A stretch of 64,000 nucleotides of DNA from Phoronis australis (Eukaryota > Animalia > Phoronida): positions 258,478 through 322,477 of the forward strand of contig NMRA01000051.1 in the NCBI GenBank assembly GCA_002633005.1, written 5' to 3'. This document shows positions 11,401 to 23,400 of the stretch, piece after piece. Numbering within the stretch: position 1 is the first letter of the stretch; the number at the start of each line of letters is the position of its first letter. Both the position numbers and the translations under genes were made by a program. The notes below the pieces were generated by a model. The model had not been told where the DNA came from, made no database searches, and saw only the letters and a list, made by a program, of their open reading frames with translations.

Positions 11401-14400
11401 GCATATTTTTGATTTTTTGCCTCCATGAAGACACCAACATTCCTTGAAAGGTAACGACGGTTTTTGACACACGAGTTGCCGGATTAGGTCGTATCAGAAA
11501 ATACCAGCCATATTTGGAAAACATATAAAACATGCCATTAAAATGAAATAATTTCAATAGACCCATATGGTTTTGATCGTCAAAATCCTACAAACTCTCG
11601 AGTTTTGAATCGAGACATGATCAATTGATTTTATTCAAAGAGTTATTTTCAACTTTCAATAACGTACACATTAAATACCTGTACAATTGTTAACATCTGT
11701 TGACCATGTTTCCCTTCCGGTGCAAGTAGACATTATCGACGTGTTGTGATTGGGCAACTCATACCCAGCTTCACATGTAAAACTTACAGTTGTATTCATG
11801 TTTACTTTGATGCTGTCTGTGTTTCTCGTAGTGTACTCTGGTGTGGGAACAGTGCATGACATGACTAAAATGAAAACATCATAAATTATTAAGTTTTTTT
11901 AAGGTTATAGAGCATCCACGTAATGTAATTCAAAAACATTAAACTATAAAACTATAAAACTAGAAATTTGATTCTAGCCTTTAGAATCTGCATAGATATT
12001 GTGGACTCAAGTGGTTCTGATAGTCTTAAAATGATAAAATTAGTATTTTAATTCAGTAGTAATTTTCAGCTATTCTACATGTAAAAATCGACGTACTTGT
12101 ACAATTGCCAACAGTCGTCGACCATGTTTCTCGCCAGGTGCAAGTGGACATAACCGTAGTGTTGTGATCGGGGAGCTCGTAGCCAGCATCACATGTGAAA
12201 TTTACTGTCGTGTTCATACTGACCGTGAGATTCTCAGTATTTCTGATGCTGAAGTCTGCTGTCGGAACTTTACATGTCATGGCTGGAAATCGGATGTAGT
12301 TTGTAGACTGCAGAAGTGTTAAACGAGTCCAAAATGTAAACATTCTGTTAAAACCTATCATTTGTTACATAACTGGCCATCTTCGTTACCAATGATCACA
12401 TTACTTAGATGACACTTTATCTGTTACATGAAAACAATGAAACTATGTTCAGATCCTTGCGCTGCTCAAAGAAACTTAATTAAGTACAGGAAAGAATACC
12501 TAAAGCTTCATTATCAGGTGATCGCGTATTTTCTGCAGAAACATTATTGTTTAACAAAGATCGACGTAAGCTCAACAAACATGATGGAAACTTTCGCAAG
12601 AAAGCTCAGATTATTTTTAGTCTGTTAACAAGAAAGCATATTATATTGGGATCTTCATTGACTCCGCTGTCAAAATGAAAACATGAACATTCCTTGAAAA
12701 TTAACTTCTGTTTCAATGTTTGTCAATCGAGTTCTCGGGATAAAAGATCGTACTAAAAATCTAGGCATGCTTTTGTGGCCCAAAATGGGGATGACCGTCA
12801 AAAATCTTCCAATTAACAATATAGTACCAGTGAAAATTTTAATAGTATTTATTCCAAGAGTTACTGTCAAGTACGAGCAAATTTTATTACCTTTACAATT
12901 ATGAAGATCCATCGACCACGTTTCCCTCCCGGTGCAAGTAGACATTATCGCGGTGTTGTGATTGGGCAACTCATACCCAGCATCACAAGTGAAACTTACA
13001 GTTGTATTCACGTTGACTGTGATGTTCTCTGTGTTTCTCGTGGTGAACTGTGGTGATGGAACTGTGCATGTCATGACTAAAAGAAAAACTTGATAAATCA
13101 CCTTCGATTTTAGAGCATTTATGTAGTGCAAGAGAAAGCATTTTACACATGAAGATATCTAAGAATTCGACCCTCGCAGACACTAACTATTCATCGTTCT
13201 GATCGTCAGAACGTTTCAAATAATAGTGTTTAAATCGCAAAATTATAAAATTGGTAGGCCCTTTTTATTGTAATTGTAATAGTAACTGTAACTGTAACTA
13301 TCAAGAACTTATAAATTAAGTACCTGTGCAATTATGAACATCCGTCGACCATGTTTCTCGCCCAATGCAAGTAGACTCCATGGTGGTATTGTAATTGGGA
13401 AATTCATATCCAGCATCACATGTGAAACTTACAGTCGTGCTTACATTCACCGAGTGGTCATCAGTGTTTCTGGTGCTGAAGTCTGGTTTAGGGACTATAC
13501 ATGTCATGACTGCAAAACGTGTATTTATAACTCCGTATTACAGACGTACGACACAGTACACTGGGTATTTGTGCCCGCTATATTTTAGGCATGCAGCGTA
13601 TGTTTTGCTCCCAAGATATAATGATGTCATCTCACCTATCACTTGTTTTAAAACTGAAAATTTTCGTTACCAAGGATCACTTTGCTTAAATAACATCTCA
13701 AGTGTTAATTGAAACTGTTTAGTTTGAAATTCTTGGATGGTCAAAGAATTTCAATCATGTGGAGGATATTGATATCCAAGTCAATATCATCGGGTAACTA
13801 CGTTTTTGAATCGCATTTTTCATACTTACGGCCGTAACCGCTAATCCCATGAAAGTAGTCGCAATCAACATCATATTTTGCTTTATCATTACATTAATTA
13901 GAAATGGAACACCGGGCCCTCGAATTTTGTTGACCCCACTGTCAGAATGAAATCACGAACATCCATTAAAAAGTAACGTCTCGATTTTTGACAGCAGAGT
14001 TCTCGGGTTAAAAGGTACAGTGTACTATCCCAAACTTCAAAGCATGCGGCTCTAGGCTGTAAAACCTAATTTTAACACAAAACAATTGCATTTAAATTAT
14101 CCAGAAATTTGAATTTAATAGACAGAATTTTCCAGAGAGTATGATCGACACAATCTTCCAAATAACGGTGCTTTAATCGTAAAATTTTGACAGAAGTGAG
14201 ACAGAAAAGACAACGGTGACAATATCTTCATGGTACAACCAATAATTTTTGACACTCATAACATGGGGCGTGGAAAATGTTAGTCGGCGGCATTTCAAGC
14301 ATATTTTCAACGTCGGCCAGAATATGCACGACGTGATCAGGTTCAAGCTATTTTGGTTCCGACACATGGATTCTGGTGACAAACACCAGCTTAGCGAGAC

Positions 14401-17400
14401 GCAGTTTTCACGAAGCTATTCTGAAAATATCACTACCTCAGTAAAGGGAACCAACACTTCCACAACTTCCCGAAAATGTACATTTCCCTAATTTGTCACA
14501 CCAGAACTTAATTCAACTGTATAAAAATTAACTTTCTACAGTGCATGTATATTCCTATGTTCCACTTAAATGATGATAATATTAAATAAAGGTCCTTTTT
14601 GGAACATAAAAGCCGTACCTTGAGGTTGTTGGTGTACAGCCGTTTGGTCCATTTCTCACATCACTGACTTTGTTCGCTTCCAGGTGCGCCCTCTCTCGTT
14701 GTAGAATAAAGCAGTGAAACGACATGGGGACTCCCAAGGGGTATACCAAAGCAGACTCGAGCACATCGCACGGAGACCAAGCCCAACAACCTCCCTCAGC
14801 CCGGATATAATGTTCACTGTCGTTTAACGGCGGAATTTTATTGTATTATGTTTTTGGGTATGTCTAAATAAATTGATGACTCTAAAAAATCTCCCGGTCT
14901 GTGGATTTGACTATCAATGGCCTTCCGCATACTCCAACAGTTTGAATGCAAACATAATACACCGAATCCCTCATTAGAGACCTAGTGATGAAGTCCCTGA
15001 CATGTTCTTGAATAGCAGTAATAGGTCAGGTTGAGGTTACCATGGTCTACAACCCTGGTCGATAACTGGCTACCCGTCTCACCAATACAGTTGTCAGTAC
15101 ACTCACCACACTTATATTCGTAGATCACTCCATACTTCTTGAGGATCTTGAGTGTTGAGGTGTTCGGTGAATTCATCAGTAGCAGATTCTTGGATGACTA
15201 CAGATGTGGTCAACATAACGCTTCCAGTGAAACGGGGGAGAGGGGTCCGCGATTTAGCAATACCACGAACCTCGAGACCCCATCTCACCCATCACATCCA
15301 GATTTCTGTAAACCGATATCAATATTCTGTTCGAGAACAAGATTTCAACGACGCTGAGTCCAAATGCCGTGATAAGCCGAGACGTCTCCAAGCAGACTCA
15401 AAGCTTGAACAACATGCCTGGCAACATCGCGCGATCAAGACTCTTACATCGTTAATTTATCGGACCGCACTTTGTCACCGGCCGAGGAACAACTTCTGGA
15501 CAGTGACCTCAATTTCGTTGTCGTCCCGAAGAAAACTCCAATTAAGGAGTTTGTTGACAACAACGAACATTTGTGCCGCCAACTGGGGTTCTATGACTTG
15601 AAAAATATAATCAATATCATCCGTGTGGATGTTACTATGGGCCACCTTTGTTATTAACAAAGTGGACTATCAACAGAATGTGCACACACTGCTGGATGAT
15701 CGTAATACTTTTCAGCAATTGATGTCCAATCCTACAACCAAGTTTCAGAACAAGTTTGTAAACTGTCTAAGAGAGTGGCAACGTACAGAGCCTATACCCA
15801 AACACCTGTATGACCGGTCGTACTCCACGTCCTTCTGTATGATCTGCTTAAGATTCATAATCAAGGTGCTCCGTAAAGACCTATTGAATTAGAAATATCT
15901 CTTACAACGCTGCTAGGGTTTTGCACCATTGGTGGGTTTGTTTCTTCATCATATTCGCAGCAGTGAAGACCTCATCTATAAAATCAGTGATCTCGAGATA
16001 CCTCCAGGACGTAAGAAGATATCCTACGGTGTATCCTCTCTGTTCACCAGTGTTCCCACGAACCAAGCCGCCACGTTGTCAAGTCTCGGTTAGAGAACAA
16101 TCGCACTCATCTATCGCCTGATCGTGTTATACAATTTTTGACGTTTTGTTTGATAACTACTTATTTAGTCTATGATGGTCAGTTCTACCATCAGATTCGA
16201 GGAGTGCGCAAGGGGACTCCCGTATCACACATCTGTCAGAAGTTGACTGTGGGTTTACTTTAAAATGTAGCCATGCTTTGCGATTTTGCGTGAGTGGCAA
16301 GAGAATGATTAAATCCAGTAGTTAATTTATTATGTATAACACTAATTAAAACAACTGAAACCTGTAGTTAATTCAAAACACCAACAACAAAGAGGAGTAA
16401 CTACGTAAGAACAACTTAAATCACTTAACCATGAACAATCAAACGTCTTATCTGCTATCCAAGCTGTAGGATTCGATGCTCTTTGGATGACAGTCTTGTT
16501 GATTGATCCTCGTACTAACACACACTGTACAGTATACTTACTGTCCACAGTCCATCATGACGTAACACAAGTATGTAGTAACGCTCTACCCACGATGCAT
16601 TAGTCTGGCCACAGACCTTTCTGATGACACAACACATGAAGGCAGTATCTGACTACCCACGATTCCTCTTGTTGGTCACATTCCCTCGTGAAGCAGCATT
16701 TGCAGGCAGTATCTTACTACCCTCGATGCAAGTGACAAGCTCTTAATTATTTTCCTAGTGGTTAAGCCTTGCCTTGCCAAGACCCTCTTTAGGATCTTCC
16801 ACGAGATGGCTCTGTTGTACATTTTCTTCAGTATACCGAAGCAAATCCTATAGTTTCAACTACTAAATTTCATCTGGCTATTTTACAGTATTCTGCACAA
16901 ATTATAACAATGCATTTACATAACGATTGGCCAATCAAAACCACATGATCTGATCATATCATTGGCTATTAGAATCTGATCTCAGAAATTTATGACTCCT
17001 CATAGTAAATTGACCCTAGAACAAAAGAGGTAAACATCACTTAAAATACATGTAAGTATCAAAAGTACGTGTCAACAAGTTTGACCCCATGGTTTAAAAG
17101 TACACATGCATGTATTTTGGCCAACTTCAATGGAACTAACTCTGGCATTTTCACAATCAGTATTTATTCTGACACCGTTGTCGCCAACATCTTCCTGGAA
17201 GATTTCGAGTTTCGTGCCATTGCATCAACACCACCCCACTCCCCCGTTGCACTGGAGTCGTTATGTTGGCGACACATCTGTAGTCATCCACGAAACTGCT
17301 ATTAATGAATTCTCCGGACCTTAACAGTCTAGACCCATCCATCCAATTTGTTCGTTAACTTGAACAAGATGACACTCCCAGGCCCCTTCCAGGATACTCT

Positions 17401-20400
17401 CATTCGACTATATTATGATGATTCTATCTCCAACCGTAAGCCTTCGGACACGGATCAGTACCTTAGGTCCGCAGCAGATCACCATCTGTTTCGCATACCA
17501 TCGCTGGTGCGGACTCAACACATCAGAGCCGACAAAGTAATTTCTGATGACAATGAAACGGAAGCTGAAGCTAGTCACGTGAAGCGAGCATTCCATGCCA
17601 AAGGATATCGCGAGTGGATGTTTGGTGTGTGGAACGAAGAATAACCACATCAAAACAATCCCTTGATCCGCCGATTATCAATTTCCCGTTGTGTAATCCT
17701 AATGTCAGATGCGTCTCTGAGAGAATTTAGACTATTTACCGCAAACACAGAATCAAACCGTCTTAGAAACTGTTTAACACTATTCAGTCCATCCTCCCAT
17801 CAGTGAAAGATGTGTCACCCGCCATCAAGAGGTGTAGTGTGATATACGGATATAAGTGTGGTGAGAGTACTGGCAACTGTATCGGCGAAACTGATCGCCA
17901 GTTATCGAACAGGGTTAAGGACCATCGCAACTCCAACCTAAGACCCATTATTGCTTTTTAAGACTATGCCAAGGATCTACATCTTCTTCTCAGTCTCTGA
18001 TGTTGATTTCCGTGTATTAGGTTTGCGTCCAGATGGTGAACACGTAGGATGCGGGAGACTATTAAGAATCAAACCCACAGACCGGGTTGGAGGGGTGGGG
18101 TGGGTCCTGAAATTGATCCCTCTGCAATGTGCTCGGTCCTGCTTTAGGATTGCCCTTGGAATTGGGGAGTCACCCATGTGGTTATATTGTTTCAATCCAC
18201 AACAAGCGAGGGCATGATGAACCAAGTCCGTGAGAAATGGAGGAAACTGCTGTACACTGACAACCTCAAGGAACAGCTTCTCGGTTCCAAAACAGACCTT
18301 TATTGAAAATTATCGTCTACAGTCCGTTGTTACTACTACAGTTATTTGTGTTGCAACTAAAAAAAAACTTAACCGAACAATTGTTTACAATCTTCGACCA
18401 TGTTTCATGCTCAATGCAAATGCAATGAAGAGTAGTGTTTTGATAGGGTAATTCATAGACAGCGTCACATGTGAAGTTTACAATCGAGTTCACGTTGACA
18501 AAGGTGTTCTTAGTGTTTGGGATGTTGAATTCAGGTGAAGGCACTGTGCAGCCCAAGGCTTAAAAGAGTGTTTTGGTCATAAAACAGTACTGTGGCACTT
18601 GTTACGCTCTCTTTTGTTTATATTTTACTTTTATACCTTCTGGTGTTCACATATTGAATGTTTGTTTGTGTTATAGCTCTTCTGTAACATGTTATATACA
18701 GAATTGTTGATATTCCGAGATTAATAGTCATTAAATTAGCAACAACTACACTTCAAGAACACTCTACTCACAAACCATTTAGATGGAAGTTTTCGTGCAA
18801 GTGACTCCAAAGTATTTTGAAATTATTCTAGTAATTTTAATGTTTTTTCTATGTGTTCACATCAGTAATATATACGTACACATATTTGTGTTTAGGCATA
18901 CGGCTTAGTGAACAAAGCTCTTACATTTCCGTGTAACGTTATCATGTATATTACATATCTCGAGCCTTGGAATGCCAACTTCGACCTCGCCCTTCTGAGG
19001 TTGCGCCGCACATTAATGGGAGTTGATTGCATTTGTTTGTAATCGGTATTGGCCCTTGATATGTAATGTTAGGCTTAGGGTGAAATGTTTGTTTAGCAGA
19101 CATTGGAACACATTTTACGATGTTATATAACAAAAAAGGGGGATTCTGGAAAATAACAAGATTCACAACAAAGAAACATGCAGGTTATTACATGGCAAAG
19201 TCGTTATTCCCCGTTATCTAGAGCCCGAGGGGATTTTGGAGAATTATCGCCCGAGGGGCGTTAGGTCCGAGGGTTATAATTCTACAAAATCCGGGAGGGC
19301 TCTAGATAAGGGGGATAACGACTGGGAACTAGAGCCTGAACTGGAGTAATGACATAGTCAGATGTCTATCGCAATACTATCACAGACATCTCGACGAGCA
19401 GCTGATAGGAATGGAAATTAAAGTCGCCACTTGTTTGTCAGCTGGGACCAAGATAGTCAAAAGATCGTGTATGCGAATGTACTGTAAGTGTCTTGCACGC
19501 CGAACGCCACGACCCTGAACACTCGTTCAAAATCATGGCTGACGTTACGACGAATTTCTTCCGCCTTCATTTTGCGCCTTTCGAAAAGTACATATTTGAA
19601 GGGCTTCCAACAGCGGATTTGAATTGCCATTTTACGAAATAGGGAAGACCAAGGGTCTGGTTAATTTTTTTGTTATACAACGGCGCTCTAAACATATTTT
19701 CAACGTCGGCATCATTCTCCTGTCTGAAGTTTGCTTTTTCGCAAATACAATTTAATTGAGACACATCGATTCGTTGAGTTTCCGAAAGACAGTAAGCCGT
19801 GTAGGGCGTCTGACAACAAAAATGAAATGAAAATGACCCTAGAATATACACCGCACGGTCAGGTTCAAGTTACACGTATTTTGGTTCCGGGTAATGTAGC
19901 CTCGTGAACCAAAGCAGAGGGACACAACTTTCATGAGACTTACATGTATCTGACGGTATCACTACCTCAGTAAAAGGAACCAATGGGAAGTTCCCCAATT
20001 AGTCAAACCAACACTTCAACTGAATTGTTTATAGTCCGTTATTATTATTGTTTCTGTAATGTTGAAAGAAAGTAACTTACCCGAACATTTATTTACACCC
20101 ATTGACCACGTTTCATGCTCAATGCACGTAGAATAAAGCGTAGTGTTTTGATCGGGTAATTCGTAGCCAGCGCTGCATGTGAAGCGTACAGTCGAGTTCA
20201 CGTTGACAAAGGTGTTCTTAGTATTTGGGATGTTGAATTCAGGTGTAGGCACTGTGCATCCCAGGGCTGAAAGAGTGTTTTGTATTTAAAAAGACTATTG
20301 TGGTATATGGCTGGATCCTTTTTATTGAATTTCATTTGTGTAGTTTCTGGTGTTCACTCAGTTTATTAGTAGGAATTACTGTGACCTGTTCACAACACAG

Positions 20401-23400
20401 AGATATATTTTATGTATTTTAGTAACGTATAAATTTAGGTGGCGTTTTTATGCAAACTGCACCACATATTTTGAAAGTTCCTTGTCATTTCTTAAAATGC
20501 ATTTAAAATGTATTTCCTATATGCAAACAACCTCTAACGTATACATAGGCATAATTGTTTCTAGAGCGGGCTAAATAATCTATCTATCTGTCCCACTATC
20601 TACTTTTCAATCTACCATTTAGTTTAATTGGACTGTAGGAGCCCGCATATCGATGAGTGGGTAGTTTTCGGAAAAAATCGAACGAGTCGAATAAGTATGA
20701 AAAAAACAATCAATACGCTATTCACTTGCTAAGAATTTTAAAATAATTGTGATAACAAAAAATTCCTGGCAATGCATTACATTTTGCTCAAATAACTTAA
20801 AAGCATCTTTAAGTGACAGTGCAGGTTAAACATCGAGGGCCCAAATAGGTAGTCAGTTGAACCACAATGAATAAAAGGAAAGAAAATGAATTGCCATATC
20901 TGCAGTTGAAAGAGATATGGGCTAAATTCCGAAGAAAGAAGGATCTCACGAAAGGAGTTATTGTGATCACCTGCTTCGCTTTACTTAGCGATATCTCGCT
21001 AAATCCTGCGGAATCCGGGTTTTCGCAAGGTTCTAACATCTACGGAACGCACGCCTGGTTATCATGCAGTGACCATGATGCTATTCTATGTTGCTATTCT
21101 ATGTTGCTCACCTTTGTAACTGTCTTAGACTTCTGAACGAATACCGACTTAACCAAACTTCACCTCTTATGTTTTTGAATACAGCTTTCATTGTCCAAAG
21201 CAATATATCTATTAGTCGATCGTTGGGTATTGCTAATTTGTTTTTAGCCCGAACACAATATGGGTGGAGTTATGAGCTATACATTGGTCGGTCGCTCATT
21301 GGTAACTTAACCGGCTGGTTCCTCCACTGAACACTAGATGGACAGAGTCACAAGTTATATTAAGTTATATGTCTGCTAGTCGATCATTTGGAAGCTGATG
21401 ATAACTGTCTCCTCGCACAAACAATAGATCGACAGGACTATAAGTGGGTGTAAGATTTTTTACAAAACTATGTTGTGTATGATGTTTGTTTCACCGGCAT
21501 GAAATTTTATTTGAAGTCACATTCAGATATCTTTACACTGTAGTTGCCCAAGATCTGCTAGAGAGCTCATATTTGGTTCCCAAATCAAATCCAAAGTCTT
21601 TCTCAAAATGGCTAACAAAATTCGACAGGACTCCAGCAGCAAACATATTTCAAGGCAATACTACTGGATAACGCAACATACAATATTAAATTTTATTCTG
21701 CTTTGTTCAGGCCTCCTATTCAGAAATTTCCAGGCTTGGAAAGTGCTCTCAGTTCGTTATTGCACATAAAATCATCTGATGTCAAGTTTGATCATTTACC
21801 ATTGAGTCAAAAATCAACGATACGTCACTTCTTCCCAAGCCGTGTACTTCAAATTCTAGTTATAAGAACAACCTCATGCTGTCTATAAAATAGTGAGTAG
21901 TATAGTTACACTTTTAACAGAAGGCGAGTAGGCTATGTAGCAGTTTCAATTACCTGCGACTTTAGGTCCATAAACCTCCACTTCACACAACGTTAAAACG
22001 CCTGCTCCACGGAGCTGTATATACAAGTATCTACCATACACAGCTTTGTCACAAGGGATCGCTTCAGTTGCACCATTAGCAATAGTTCCATTATAATTAC
22101 GACACAAGGGGTCGCTAGATGACAGTTCGGAATTGTTGGTTGCCCGGATATCAAAGTCATTTAATCTGTAACCTAAAATAGTATTTAAACAGTTAACATT
22201 GTCTAAATTACCAAAGTTACAAAGAAATTCGTTACAAACACCACGTTTCGCTTCAATAAGTAAAAAGCATCTTCCGGAAATACCGGCAAACAGACAAATG
22301 GTAGAACCACACGCATAGCCAGTGCATAATGGTTTAACTGACTATTAGAACATTTGGTGTTTACCAGTACTCACTCGATGGGTCTGTTTTGATTGGCAAG
22401 AAACAAGGAGCGCGCGTCTACGCCACCAACAAATGTTTGGTGTTACTTTGATTTTTCACTGAAGGTGGACAGGGTTTTATGACCGTAAGTCTGAATCACA
22501 CCAATTGTGAAACTTTGACTTGGTCTTGTTTTTGTGTCATTAAGAAAAAGCCAACTTGCTACCTATTAATTGGCGAAACATTGTTCGGTATTTTTAAACA
22601 AAAACAAGGCCAAGTGGCACAAAAAACATTTCATGGTGACGCATCGTTGATAAAAGTGAATAGTTTCAAAACATTTCAAAACATCATTAGTGGTAACATG
22701 GCGAAGACATCTGAGGAACTTCGATCTAACTTGAGACAAAAACCCGAAACCATCAATCTATTACTTGTTGGTACACTTAAACATCAGTCCAAGGCAGCGT
22801 GGGAGTTTATTGGTGATCTTGGTTGTGCGGGCTTACGATTAGTGGCTCCACATATAGACAGTGCGTACCATAAAAACCATTCCTGTTGGTCACAATGACG
22901 AAGTACACAGCATAAAAACTCTCAAGATCAACTCTCCACCAAGGCTGGGATTCGTTGGCAGTATGTGTACAACTGTTGTCGGTAAAGGTAGATTCTTTGT
23001 TTCCATCAACAGCACGTGACGCCACACCATCAAAACGGGTAGATGACTGACTGGCGGACTCACCCAACGCAACATTTGAACCAACTGTAACAAACACGGG
23101 GAACCTTGATTATATTAGTCACGTTCTGAGACTGTACTGAAGGAGAGATTAAAATGCAGGCGCACGAGCAAGCACACAGGCATGCTTGCTGTCCACATGC
23201 ATACTGACACGCACACAAAGACGCACATCTAATACACAAAACCACACACTCCGGTTTGGACCAATCACGCACACTTGTAGTTACATTGTCAACAATATAG
23301 TTCAAAATCTGAATTTGCCTTATTACTGAAACATATAGAGAATCCTACACGAGCCTCACCCGGCTTTATGACATGGCAAAACCTCTTGGAAATTTCGTAT

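Noticed and set aside
18180-18245. Hammerhead ribozyme in the Penelope terminal repeat (atgatga...gaaa)
   Set aside because: The core lacks the C of CUGANGA, I see no convincing stem II, and the inverted copy does not preserve it. An Infernal search with hammerhead models would decide.
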